Part shown: piece after piece, positions 18,879 to 28,715 of the stretch | Layout: each line of letters starts with the position of its first letter | Numbering within the stretch: the first letter of the stretch is position 1 | NCBI GenBank assembly: GCA_019414685.1 | Contig: DXLQ01000001.1 | Span: 1,208-65,207 of the forward strand | Length of the DNA: 64,000 nt | From: Collinsella sp. | GTDB taxonomy: Bacteria > Actinomycetota > Coriobacteriia > Coriobacteriales > Coriobacteriaceae | Direction of reading: 5' to 3' | Made by a program: the position numbers and the translations under genes | Notes under the pieces: model-generated | Databases searched by the model: none | What the model saw: the letters and a program-made list of their open reading frames with translations, nothing else | Told to the model about the DNA's origin: nothing

Positions 18879-21056
18879 CTAGGGGAGGAGCTTCATGGCG
18901 GCGTCGTGGGCGGCGTGCTCGTAGGTGTCGTCGAGGGGCTTGAGCGGCAGCAGGGCGGCAGCCTGTGCATCGCCACGGCGCTCGAGGGCATGGGCGATCA
19001 ACCAGTCGGCGAGCTCGGGGTTCTTGGGCAGCGCCGGGCCATGCAGGTACGTGCCGATGACGCCCTTGTAGATCAGGCCCTCAAAGCCATCGTCGCCGTT
19101 GTTGCCGGTGCCCGTGACGACGGACGTTCCGAGCGGCGTGGCATCGGCGTCCAAAAGCGTGCAGCCGCCATGGTTCTCGAATCCCACAAAGGGCTCAGGT
19201 GCCAGGTCGGTTTTGACGGCTACGTTGCCGATCAGGCGGTCGGAGCCGCGTACGGTTTCGGCGGCAATGACCCCCAGACCCTCAATGCGATCCTCGCCCA
19301 TATAGTACGAACGGCCGAGCAGCTGATAGCTGCCACAGATGGCGAGCAGCGAGCCGCCATCCTCAACATAGGATGCGACCTTGTCTTTTTGGGCGAGCAG
19401 CTCGTGTGCCACGGCTAGCTGGTCGCGGTCGGAGCCGCCACCCATCATGACGATATCGGCATCGGTGAGATCGAGTGACTCGCCCATACGGACCTCGTCC
19501 ACGCGAACGGGGATGCCGCGCCAGGCGCAGCGACGCTCGAGGGCGATAACGTTGCCGCCGTCGCCGTAGAGGTTGAGGGCATCGGGGTACAGGTAGACGA
19601 TGCGCAGCGGGCGCGAAAGCTCGACTGGCGCGATACCGACAGGAAGAGCGCTGCCGTCGGCACGGGCTACGGCGCGCCCAGCAACAGCGTCGGCGGTGGC
19701 GCCTTTCAGCCCGTCGAGCTCCTTGACCAGCGGCGGGAAGGCCGTGTAGTTGGCGACGGCGTAGAAGGTGTCATCGGCGGCCTCGTCTGCCACGGCGCCA
19801 ATTGCCTGCGCGACGTCCGAGATAATCGCGGCATCGATGCCGGCGTACTTGAGGCGCACCTGCATGTCGTGCGCGCGCGTGCCTCCGGCAAAGGCGACAA
19901 GACCCGGCGTGTCGGCGATGCGCTCAAAGTCGACGTCGTAGATCCACGATACATCGTGGCCGTCGGCGTCGTTGTCGTTGAGGAAGAAAGCGCAGAGTCT
20001 GCCGCCTGCCGTCTTGATGGACTGGATTTGTCGATCGAAGCCTACGGGATTTTTGGCCAGGTTTGCCTCGACGGTACGGCCGGCGATCTCCCAGCGGCCC
20101 ATGCGTCCGCCGGCGGGGACATAGGCATCGAGCGTGGGCTGCAGATGCGCCGCGTCTACGCCCAGCTCGCGCGCCGCAAAGAAGGCGGCGGCAACGTTGT
20201 AGACCATGTACAGGCCGTTGTAGCGCGTGGCGATGTGTACGGCAGCTGCGTCGGACGCAGATCCAAAGACCAGGTCAAAGCCGTAGCCGTCGCAGCCGAG
20301 CTCCACGCCCGTCACACGGCGGACCAGTGCGGGGCGTGCCCAACCGCACGAGGGGCAATGGTAGGCGCCGAGTTGACCATACTGCACATAGTCGTACTCC
20401 AACGGCGCGTTGCACTGCGAGCAAAAACGCGAGTCGCTAATGCGATCGGACTCGGTGCCCGTGGCGCCGTCGATGCCAAAGGCGATGCTCGTGTTAGGGA
20501 CGCGCGCGGCAATCGAGGCGCACAGCGGGTCGTCGGCGTTGTAGATAAGCGTTGTTGTCGGCGAGAGCTCCAACGCATGGGCGATGACCTCCTGGGTGTG
20601 ATCGATCTCGCCGTAGCGGTCTAGCTGGTCGCGGAACAGGTTGAGTAGCACAAAGTACGTCGGCTTGAGCTTGGGCAGAACGCGTACGGTGTAGAGCTCG
20701 TCACACTCAAAAACGCCCACGCGCTTGCCGCTGCTGGTGTGCCTAAGGCCGCCGCGGGCCTCGAGCAGAGCACCCACCACACCAGGTTCCATATTGTTGC
20801 CGGCACGGTTGCACACCACGGTAGCACCGCTGGCAGCAACGGCATCGGCGATGAGGTTGGAGGTGGTGGTCTTGCCATTAGTGCCGGTGATCACCACGCT
20901 GCGGTCGACCAGGCTCGCGAGGTCGCTTAGCAGCTCGGGGTCGATTTTCATGGCGATGCGGCCGGGAAGCACGCCACCCTGGCGTTTGAGGACAGAGCGC
21001 AGTCCCCAGCGAGCGATATCGCTCGAGGTGCAGGCAAGAGATGAGCGGAAGTTCAT
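18879..21056 (-). CDS. Fused MurT (Mur ligase plus DUF1727) - GatD (CobQ-type glutamine amidotransferase): lipid II isoglutaminyl synthase
   Basis: ITGTNGKTTT, NLFRDQLDRYGE, CxxC..CxxC Zn finger, LAKNPVG, DVSWIYD; then LNLYGDGGN, AICGSYQLLG, GFENH, TYLHGP. Confidence 0.9.
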   Translation of the reverse strand: MNFRSSLACTSSDIARWGLRSVLKRQGGVLPGRIAMKIDPELLSDLASLVDRSVVITGTNGKTTTSNLIADAVAASGATVVCNRAGNNMEPGVVGALLEARGGLRHTSSGKRVGVFECDELYTVRVLPKLKPTYFVLLNLFRDQLDRYGEIDHTQEVIAHALELSPTTTLIYNADDPLCASIAARVPNTSIAFGIDGATGTESDRISDSRFCSQCNAPLEYDYVQYGQLGAYHCPSCGWARPALVRRVTGVELGCDGYGFDLVFGSASDAAAVHIATRYNGLYMVYNVAAAFFAARELGVDAAHLQPTLDAYVPAGGRMGRWEIAGRTVEANLAKNPVGFDRQIQSIKTAGGRLCAFFLNDNDADGHDVSWIYDVDFERIADTPGLVAFAGGTRAHDMQVRLKYAGIDAAIISDVAQAIGAVADEAADDTFYAVANYTAFPPLVKELDGLKGATADAVAGRAVARADGSALPVGIAPVELSRPLRIVYLYPDALNLYGDGGNVIALERRCAWRGIPVRVDEVRMGESLDLTDADIVMMGGGSDRDQLAVAHELLAQKDKVASYVEDGGSLLAICGSYQLLGRSYYMGEDRIEGLGVIAAETVRGSDRLIGNVAVKTDLAPEPFVGFENHGGCTLLDADATPLGTSVVTGTGNNGDDGFEGLIYKGVIGTYLHGPALPKNPELADWLIAHALERRGDAQAAALLPLKPLDDTYEHAAHDAAMKLLP

Positions 21057-21101
21057 GAAGCCGTTCCTAACATAGATGACATGGTCGGGGCGATCGCGTC
21101 G

Positions 21102-22145
21102 CTAAAAGCCGTAGCGGCGCGCAAATTCCTGGGCAAGCTGCGATACGTCTTCGCAGGCATTGGCCCAGGGGGCAAAGTCGGGGGTATCCGAGATAATGCC
21201 GTCCGCTTCCCAAACGGCCTGGTGCGAAAGATCCCAGGGATCGCGTGGCTCGGGCCGGCAGGGAAGGTACGGCGTCTGGTACATGGGGTTCAGCAAGAAG
21301 AACGCGCCGCCCTCGCAGCGGTTAGCAAACTCGCGCAGCGCGCGTGTCGCCGGGCGCATCTTGTTCGTTTTGAACAGCAGAATCGTGCGGGCGAGCAGAT
21401 ACCAAGGAGAGTTCTCGAGTGCGTCTGCCCCGATCTCTTCCTCGAGCTGGTGGGCTAGGGCAAAAAAGCCGTCCTGATCTTCCAGACGAGCGAGGGCGAG
21501 CAACACGGTGCCTGCGGCTCGGGTGGGATAGCCTTCTGCCTTAAGGACGCGGCGGGCGTAGTTGGCGGCAGCGCGGTAGCGGGCGCTCGCCATGCACAGC
21601 TGCGAGATGGCCTCGAGCGTATGAAGCCACCCGATAAGCGCCGGCTCGCTCACGGTGAGATCGGCCGCCGTCACGCTGTCTGTCAGCACTTTGTTGGCCC
21701 AGTAGTGCGGGGCTTCCATGTCGAACCCGGGCACGCTTTGCTGCAGGTAATCGGCCGTGGTCGCCTCGAGCTTCATCAGGTCGCCCAGGCAGGCGTCAAC
21801 GGGCATGTCGGCCAGGATGATGGCGAGCAGCTGGGCATCGAGGACATGCGCATCGACGCGGACGATCTTGAGCAGTTCATCACGCATATCGTCGAACAGG
21901 CGGTTGCGCGTCTGCTCAAACTCCTCGTCGCTGCCCATGTCCTCGATGCGATGGAGCTCGTCGAGCAGGTGGCGATGAACACCGGCATAGGACAGCAGCG
22001 CTTGGGCATGCTCGGACTGCGCATACTTTTGAGGATTCGCGCTAATGTCGTTATGGACAAGCTCGCGTGCTGCATCGGTGAGCTCGGGGTGCGACGCCAG
22101 ATAGGTGCGCTCCAGGTAGGCGGGGATGTAGACGCTCGGATCCAT
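21102..22145 (-). CDS. Hypothetical helical (TPR-like) protein
   Basis: 347-aa ORF with host codon usage; ATG overlaps upstream stop; similar to neighbour (ARYRAA...LLALARLE). Confidence 0.7.
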   Translation of the reverse strand: MDPSVYIPAYLERTYLASHPELTDAARELVHNDISANPQKYAQSEHAQALLSYAGVHRHLLDELHRIEDMGSDEEFEQTRNRLFDDMRDELLKIVRVDAHVLDAQLLAIILADMPVDACLGDLMKLEATTADYLQQSVPGFDMEAPHYWANKVLTDSVTAADLTVSEPALIGWLHTLEAISQLCMASARYRAAANYARRVLKAEGYPTRAAGTVLLALARLEDQDGFFALAHQLEEEIGADALENSPWYLLARTILLFKTNKMRPATRALREFANRCEGGAFFLLNPMYQTPYLPCRPEPRDPWDLSHQAVWEADGIISDTPDFAPWANACEDVSQLAQEFARRYGF

Positions 22146-23221
22146 TAGAGGTCCCCTCCCTTAAATGGAAGTCCCTGCTCGGCTGCGCGCAGGATGCGCT
22201 CGTCGATTTGGGAGCGCACGATGTCGTTGGTGGCGACCCAGGCGGCAAAGCTGGCGTTGTCGGGGGCGCCCAGGCCCTCCTGCAGCACCGGCGTCGCCTC
22301 GGACAGCGCGAGGACAAGCTCGTCGGTGGAGCCTACGCCTACGTTGACGCGGGCATAGACGCCATCGGGAAACTCGGTTTGGAAGTAGAGTGCCTCGGCT
22401 GCGTGCGGACACGAGCGCACAAGGATACGCAGGTAGTGCTCGGCGCCCTCGTAGTCCAGTTCGCGCCAAGCCGTGCTCATCAGCGCGATGAGCGTCCACG
22501 GGTCCAAGTCGCGCTCCGCATCTTTGGGGCGGCGGCGCAGTGGGGTATTCGCGAGGTACGGCACGGAGTGTGCGGAGCGAAAGCGCTTGAGCTCCTCGGC
22601 GGGGTATTCGAGCTTTGCCATGGCGAGCATCGCGGTGTGGCGGACACCAGCGGGGTCGTTGGGCGCAAAGTCCAAGCTGCGATTCGCGGCTTCGAGCGAC
22701 ATGCGATAGCGGCCGCTAATGAGGGCGCGCGATGCCAAGGCGGCAAGCCAGCGCAGATAGGGGCGGCGCGTAAGGTCGCCTGCGGCCTCGCGCTCGTAGG
22801 GGTCCTGGGCCGAGGCGATTTTGAGCGCTAGGTCGTGCTCGACCTCATCGCACTTGGACACCAGGTACTGTACGTATTCCTCGTTGGATTCGGCGGTGAG
22901 GGCGGTCAGCATGCGCTGAGCGTCCCAGTTGGCCGGATCGAGTGCGGCCGCCTCGCGGAGCATGTTCTCGGCAGCTGTCTCTTCTTGCTCTGCCTGGGTA
23001 TCGTCAGGGATAAAGGGAATGCGGTAGTCGACAGCCTCGACCACCTTGGCAATGAGGTGCCCGGCGCGGTCGCGGTCGTGCACGATGAGCGGTGCGGGGT
23101 TGCGGGTGAATTGTTCCATCAGACGCTCTACGGCGGCAGCGTCGGTGAGCGGGATATTGTCGCGGCGCAAGGCCTCAAGAACGAGGCGATGGCAATCCTC
23201 TTGAATGGGATCGAATGCCAT
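22145..23221 (-). CDS. Hypothetical TPR-like protein
   Basis: RRPYLRWL, GRYRMSLE...APNDPAGVRH...AMAKLE; AAAGGAGG SD before ATG 23221. Confidence 0.7.
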   Translation of the reverse strand: MAFDPIQEDCHRLVLEALRRDNIPLTDAAAVERLMEQFTRNPAPLIVHDRDRAGHLIAKVVEAVDYRIPFIPDDTQAEQEETAAENMLREAAALDPANWDAQRMLTALTAESNEEYVQYLVSKCDEVEHDLALKIASAQDPYEREAAGDLTRRPYLRWLAALASRALISGRYRMSLEAANRSLDFAPNDPAGVRHTAMLAMAKLEYPAEELKRFRSAHSVPYLANTPLRRRPKDAERDLDPWTLIALMSTAWRELDYEGAEHYLRILVRSCPHAAEALYFQTEFPDGVYARVNVGVGSTDELVLALSEATPVLQEGLGAPDNASFAAWVATNDIVRSQIDERILRAAEQGLPFKGGDL

Positions 23222-23721
23222 GGGGCCTCCTTTGCTGCGGTTAGGGTTCAAATGTTTCTATATAAGGTTCTAGTTTACCCGCATGTGGCACACCGGGGGT
23301 GCCGCACTTGGACTTGCACCTTTGCACCACGAAGACGGATGTCGCACAAATGTCGGCACCTTGGACGACCGAGTGGTATCACGGTGCCGCAAACGGTCGA
23401 TTTTTGGCGGCGAACGGTGCATATTTTGGAGGGGCACCGTCCTGCCCAGGATATGTAGTCAACCTTGATAAAACGTTTGCCCAGCTTGGGAGTATGAATG
23501 CCGCACAAGGGTCTTCAGGGATAGAAAAAACGTTTCATCATTGGCGGCTTTAGGTGAATAACTGACCAACCAGAACGGTAAAATAGTGTTTGTCTGAGCG
23601 TTGAGACGTTTAGACATCGCGCATTGTCATCGCCGGCAACGCGCAAACCGGTCCTAACGGAGCCAATTGGGTGCTCCGTTATATACGCAAGTCTAAGAGG
23701 GGCTTGTTTAGGAGGCACAGT

Positions 23722-24945
23722 ATGGGACGTTTTACCAATCCTCGCGATCTGTACTTTGGTGAGGGCGCTCGCCACGAGGTGAAGAACCTCAAGGGCAAGA
23801 AGGCCATCATCGTTTCTGGCGGCAGCTCTATGCGTCGCGGCGGGTTCCTGCAGGACGTCGAGGCCGACCTCAAAGAGGGCGGCTTCGAGGTCAAGCTGTT
23901 CGAGGGCGTCGAGTCCGATCCGTCCATCGAGACGGTCATGAAGGGCGCCGAGGCCATGCGCGAGTTCGAGCCCGACTGGATTATCGCCATCGGCGGCGGC
24001 TCGCCCATCGATGCCGCTAAGGCCATGTGGGTCTTCTACGAGTATCCCGAGGAGTCCTTCGATAACATCATCCAGCCGTTCAGCTTCCCCGAGCTGCGTC
24101 AGAAGGCTCACTTCTGCGCCATCTCCTCTACCTCCGGTACCGCTACCGAGGTCACTGCCTTCTCCGTCATCACCGACTACGCCAAGGGCATCAAGTACCC
24201 GCTGGCCGACTTCAACATCACCCCTGATGTCGCCATCGTCGACCCCGAGCTCACCTACACCATGCCCGCCAAGCTGTGCGCTCACACCGGCATGGACGCT
24301 CTGACCCACTGCATGGAGGCCTACGTTTCCACCTGCGCCTCTATGTTCACCGATGCCAACGCTCTGCACGGCATCCGCGAGATCGTCGAGTGGCTGCCCA
24401 AGTCCTATGCTGGCGACCATGAGGCCCGTCAGCACATGCACGAGGCTCAGTGCATCGCCGGTATCGCCTTCTCCTCGGGCCTGCTCGGCATCGTTCACTC
24501 CATGGCTCACAAGACCGGTGCTGCCTTCGAGAACGGCCACATCATCCACGGTGCTGCTAACGCCATGTACCTGGGCAAGGTCATCCAGTGGAACTCCAAG
24601 GATCCCCGTGCTGCCGAGCGTTACGCTTACGTGGCCAAGGAGATCCTGCACCTTCCCGGCGAGACCAACGAGGAGCTCATCGCTGCACTCGTCCAGAAGA
24701 TTCGCGACCTCAACGACCAGCTCAACATTCCGCAGTCCATCAAGGATTACGCGAATGGTGGCGTGAAGGTCGACGCCGAGAACCCGCAGATGGTTTCCGA
24801 GGAGGAGTTCCTCGCCAAGCTGCCCGAGATCGCCGCGAACGCCGAGCAGGACGCTTGCACGCCCGAGAACCCGCGTGAGACCAAGGCTGCCGACTTCGAG
24901 AAGATCCTCAAGGCCTGCTACTACGACACCGACATCGATTTCTAA
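23722..24945 (+). CDS. Iron-containing alcohol dehydrogenase (NADPH-dependent butanol dehydrogenase-like)
   Basis: IGGGSPIDAAK, STSGTATEVT, GMDALTHCMEAY, HSMAHK, HGAANA; AGGAGG SD. Confidence 0.92.
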   Translation: MGRFTNPRDLYFGEGARHEVKNLKGKKAIIVSGGSSMRRGGFLQDVEADLKEGGFEVKLFEGVESDPSIETVMKGAEAMREFEPDWIIAIGGGSPIDAAKAMWVFYEYPEESFDNIIQPFSFPELRQKAHFCAISSTSGTATEVTAFSVITDYAKGIKYPLADFNITPDVAIVDPELTYTMPAKLCAHTGMDALTHCMEAYVSTCASMFTDANALHGIREIVEWLPKSYAGDHEARQHMHEAQCIAGIAFSSGLLGIVHSMAHKTGAAFENGHIIHGAANAMYLGKVIQWNSKDPRAAERYAYVAKEILHLPGETNEELIAALVQKIRDLNDQLNIPQSIKDYANGGVKVDAENPQMVSEEEFLAKLPEIAANAEQDACTPENPRETKAADFEKILKACYYDTDIDF

Positions 24946-24966
24946 TCGACTCTTGTTATCGTAACG

Positions 24967-25012
24967 AGGGGCTCCGCACGTATCTGTACGGAGCCCCTTT
25001 CTTTTTTCTTTT
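24967..25012 (+). terminator. Intrinsic terminator after Fe-ADH
   Basis: AGGGGCTCCG / CGGAGCCCCT plus long T-tract. Confidence 0.8.
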
Positions 25013-25028
25013 AGAGAATGGGATAGTT

Positions 25029-26129
25029 ATGGCTGCAATTTTCAATAGCCCCAGCAAGTACATCCAGGGTCCGGACGAGCTCGCCAAGCTCGGCTCCTAT
25101 GTCGAGCCGCTCGGCGCTAAGGCCCTCGTCATCGTGACGCCTTCGGGCAAGAAGCGCGTCGGTGCCAAGATCGAGGGCGGCTTTGCCGAGGCCAAGGCCG
25201 AGCTGCTGTTTGAGGACTTTAACGGCGAGTGCTCCAAGGGCGAGGTCGATCGCCTGGTTGCGCTCGCTCGCGACAACGGTTGCGACATCATCGTCGGCGT
25301 CGGTGGCGGCAAGATCCTCGACACCGCGAAGGCCGTCGCCTATTACCTGGAGTCCCCGGTTATCATTTGCCCCACCATTGCCTCGACCGATGCACCGTGC
25401 TCGGCGCTTTCGGTGCTTTACACCGATGACGGCCAGTTCGATAAGTACCTCTTCCTTAAGGCAAACCCCAATATCGTCCTGATGGATACGACGGTTATCG
25501 CGGCGAGCCCGGTGCGCCTGACGGTTTCCGGTATGGGCGATGCGCTCGCAACCTACTTCGAGGCCCAGGCGACGCACGATGCCGACGGCGGCACCTGCGC
25601 TGGCGGCAAGGGCAGCATGGCTGGTCTGGCGCTCGCCAAGCTCTGCTACGAGACGCTTATGGCCGATGGCGTCAAGGCCAAGGTTGCGCTGGAGAAGGGT
25701 GCGCTCACGCCTGCCGTCGAGCACATCATCGAGGCCAATACGCTGCTTTCGGGCATTGGCTTTGAGAGCTCGGGCCTTGCTGCCGCTCATGCCATCCACA
25801 ATGGCCTGACGATGCTGCCCGAGTGCCACAGCATGTATCACGGCGAGAAGGTCGCCTTCGGCACTATCGTCCAGCTGGTACTCGAGGATGCCCCGACCGA
25901 GAAGCTCGAGGAAGTCTTGGGCTTCTGCATTGAGCTGGGCCTGCCGGTCACGATGAAGGAACTTGGCGTTGCCGAGCTTACGCGCGAGCAGGCCATGATT
26001 GTTGCCGAGGCCGCGTGCGCGCCCGAGGACACCATGTGCAATATGCCGTTTGAGGTGACGCCCGAGATGGTCGCAAACGCCATCCTGGGTGCCGACGCAC
26101 TGGGCCACTACTATCTCATGGATGAGTAA
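25029..26129 (+). CDS. gldA: Glycerol dehydrogenase
   Basis: SPSKYIQG, GGGKILDTAK, PTIASTDAPCSA, GDALATYFEA, AAHAIHNGLT, YHGEKVAFG. Confidence 0.93.
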   Translation: MAAIFNSPSKYIQGPDELAKLGSYVEPLGAKALVIVTPSGKKRVGAKIEGGFAEAKAELLFEDFNGECSKGEVDRLVALARDNGCDIIVGVGGGKILDTAKAVAYYLESPVIICPTIASTDAPCSALSVLYTDDGQFDKYLFLKANPNIVLMDTTVIAASPVRLTVSGMGDALATYFEAQATHDADGGTCAGGKGSMAGLALAKLCYETLMADGVKAKVALEKGALTPAVEHIIEANTLLSGIGFESSGLAAAHAIHNGLTMLPECHSMYHGEKVAFGTIVQLVLEDAPTEKLEEVLGFCIELGLPVTMKELGVAELTREQAMIVAEAACAPEDTMCNMPFEVTPEMVANAILGADALGHYYLMDE

Positions 26130-26141
26130 ATCAAGCTAAGG

Positions 26142-26177
26142 AAGGGGCAAAGCCAACAGATGGCTTTGCCCCTTTTT
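26142..26177 (+). terminator. Intrinsic terminator after gldA
   Basis: AAGGGGCAAAGCCA / TGGCTTTGCCCCTT-TTT. Confidence 0.85.
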
Positions 26178-26182
26178 GCTAT

Positions 26183-26211
26183 GGTGCAAAGGGGTCAGGG
26201 TACTTTGCACC
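26183..26211 (+). repeat. REP-like hairpin with GGGGTCAGG motif
   Basis: GGTGCAAAG / CTTTGCACC stem; core similar to the 18838-18872 hairpin read on the minus strand. Confidence 0.5.
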
Positions 26212-26242
26212 CATCGTTGTTTGATGAAGGGTGGATTCTCGT

Positions 26243-27310
26243 ATGGCGCTTCCTATGGTTTATGGCGGCCCCGGTCGGTATGTTCAGGGACCGGGGGAGC
26301 TTTCGCGCCAGGGCAGGTATTTGTCATGGTTGGGCTGCGCTGCCTATGTCTTGTTTGACCAGGGCACCGAGGATCGGCTGTGCAGGCAGATCGTCGATGG
26401 ATTTCTGGATGAAGATCTAAGCGAGCCGTTCTTTAAGATTTACAACGGTCCGTGTACGGAAGATGCCGTTGTCGAAATGGCCAAGGAAGCCCGGGCCGAG
26501 TATTGCGACATGGTGGTGGGCATTGGCGGCGGCAAGATGCTCGATATCGCCAAGGCCGTTGCGTTTTATGCCGAGTTGCCGTTGTGTGTATGTCCCACGG
26601 CGGCGTCGATGGACGGTCCGTGCAGCGCGATTTCGGTGCTGTATCACGAGGATGGGTCGTTCGACCGCTACCTGATGCTCGAGAAGAATCCAGACTTGGT
26701 CGTGGTCGATACCAACGTGGTCGCGGCGGCCCCGCTGCGTATGACGGTCGCTGGTATGGGCGATGCGCTGGCAACGTATTTCGAGGCGCGTTCGTGCGCC
26801 GCGGCGCACGGCGCCAACGAGCACGGTGGCGCGCCGGGACACTTGGCCTTGGTTGCGGCTCGTGCCTGCTATGACACACTCATGGAGTGCGGCGTCGCTG
26901 CCAAGCGCGATCTCAAAAAGGGCCGTACATCGCCAGCGGTTGAGCGCCTGATCGAGTGCAATATTCTGCTCTCGGGTGTTGGCTTTGAGAGTGGTGGCTT
27001 AGCGCTTGCCCATGCCATAGCCAACGGCCTGACGATTCTGCCCGAGTGCAAGGCCATGCATGGTGAGGCCGTGGCATTTGGCCTGGTGGTGCAGCTGCGC
27101 CTGGAGCGTGCGCCCGAGCTTGATCAGGTGCTCGAGTTTTGCCAGCGCGTTGGTCTACCGACGACGCTCGCGGAGCTGGGACTTGGCGAGATTTCCGATA
27201 CCGACCTGATGAGCGTTGCGGATGCGGTCTTTAGAAACGAGCGCAATATGGCCAACGAGCAGGCCAAGGTGACCAGACAAAAGCTCGTGCAGCTCATGTG
27301 CGAGGCATAG
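26243..27310 (+). CDS. Second glycerol dehydrogenase paralog
   Basis: GPGRYVQG, GGGKMLDIAK, GDALATYFEA, LAHAIANGLT, MHGEAVAFG. Confidence 0.88.
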   Translation: MALPMVYGGPGRYVQGPGELSRQGRYLSWLGCAAYVLFDQGTEDRLCRQIVDGFLDEDLSEPFFKIYNGPCTEDAVVEMAKEARAEYCDMVVGIGGGKMLDIAKAVAFYAELPLCVCPTAASMDGPCSAISVLYHEDGSFDRYLMLEKNPDLVVVDTNVVAAAPLRMTVAGMGDALATYFEARSCAAAHGANEHGGAPGHLALVAARACYDTLMECGVAAKRDLKKGRTSPAVERLIECNILLSGVGFESGGLALAHAIANGLTILPECKAMHGEAVAFGLVVQLRLERAPELDQVLEFCQRVGLPTTLAELGLGEISDTDLMSVADAVFRNERNMANEQAKVTRQKLVQLMCEA

Positions 27311-27461
27311 CTTGGCACTTGATTGACCTTGTGCAATCGAGGCGGCGATAGGCCATGGGCTATTTGCCGCAAAGATGCTCCGCGTGTAATTTGCCCGAGG
27401 CGTGGGCCGATAGCGTATCATTATCTCTTGCTTGTTTGCACTGCTCAGGGAGGGGCCGCGC

Positions 27462-28715
27462 ATGGCGCAGGAACACGATCTGTTTGATGACATTATCGAG
27501 ATCAGCAAGGGTTTCGACTTTCTTAAAAACCCGCTTGGCGGCGTGACCGATGCACTCGATCCATCGGCGCCGCAGTGGAATCCTGCCGACTACAAGGAGC
27601 GCCCGCGCGGCAACACCATTCCGTGCTTGACCTGCAAAAACGAAAAGAGCGGCTGCACCGCGTGCATGGACGTGTGCCCGGTCAACGCTATCGAGGTCGA
27701 GGAAGACTCCATCGAGATCCTCGACTCCTGTCGCAAGTGCGGCCTGTGCGCCGCTACTTGCCCGACGGAGGCGATCATCTCTCCGCGCCTTGCACCCAAA
27801 AACGTCTACGACGACATTGTCTCGGCGGCTACGAGCCACGAGACCGCCTACGTTACCTGCACGCGTGCCCTTAAGCGCATGCCGCGCGAAAACGAAGTCG
27901 TCGTTGCCTGCGTGGGCGATATTACGGCGGAGACCTGGTTCTCGGTACTGGCCGACTATCCCAACGTGAGTGTGTACCTGCCGTTGGGCGTGTGCGATAA
28001 ATGCCGCAACACCGGCGGTGAGGACATTCTTGGCGAGGCGATTGCGAAGGCCGAAGAGTGGTCTGGCACGGGTATGGGCCTAGAGGTCGACCCCAAGAGC
28101 CTCAAGTGCCATAAGCGCCGCGAGTACGAGCGCAAGGAGTACATGGAAAAGATTGCCCGCACCACGGGCCTAACGGTGACCAAGCTCAATCCGGCGACGG
28201 CGGCGCTGGCCTCGGTGACGCAAAAGCTCAAGGCTCATCGCCATCAGATTACCCAGCTCGAGCGTACGCTCAACACCATGTGCGGCACCACGACGACCAA
28301 GCGTCGCCGTTCGCTCACGCACGGGCGGCAGCTGGTGCTCTCGACGCTGCAGAACCACCCCGAGCTTGCCCAGAATATGCAGGTGAGCACACCGGAATGC
28401 GATTTTGACAAGTGCACGTCATGCGGCGAGTGCGTCAACGTGTGCCCCACGTTTGCCTGCGATTTGGTGGGAAGCGGTCGCTTTGCACTGGAGTCCACGT
28501 ATTGCCTAGGTTGCGGAGCCTGCGTCAAGGTGTGCCCCGAGCATGCGCTCAAGCTGGTCGAGCACGATGCGTCCAATCTGGTCGTTGTCGACCCCGAGGC
28601 CGAGGAAAAGGCCGCTCAGAAGGCCAAGGCCCACGAAGAGGCCCAGAAGGTCAAGGCCGAGGCAAAGGCCAAGCTGGACAAGATGCTCGACCAGGTGGAG
28701 AAGCTCGCGGACTAG
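27462..28715 (+). CDS. 4Fe-4S dicluster-domain protein
   Basis: CTACMDVCP, CRKCGLCAATCP, CTSCGECVNVCP, CLGCGACVKVCP. Confidence 0.88.
   Translation: MAQEHDLFDDIIEISKGFDFLKNPLGGVTDALDPSAPQWNPADYKERPRGNTIPCLTCKNEKSGCTACMDVCPVNAIEVEEDSIEILDSCRKCGLCAATCPTEAIISPRLAPKNVYDDIVSAATSHETAYVTCTRALKRMPRENEVVVACVGDITAETWFSVLADYPNVSVYLPLGVCDKCRNTGGEDILGEAIAKAEEWSGTGMGLEVDPKSLKCHKRREYERKEYMEKIARTTGLTVTKLNPATAALASVTQKLKAHRHQITQLERTLNTMCGTTTTKRRRSLTHGRQLVLSTLQNHPELAQNMQVSTPECDFDKCTSCGECVNVCPTFACDLVGSGRFALESTYCLGCGACVKVCPEHALKLVEHDASNLVVVDPEAEEKAAQKAKAHEEAQKVKAEAKAKLDKMLDQVEKLAD

Noticed and set aside
23285..23450. Repeat family built on GGTGC/GCACC stems
   Set aside because: Short, irregular matches in GC-rich DNA with no consistent unit; cannot be distinguished from chance.
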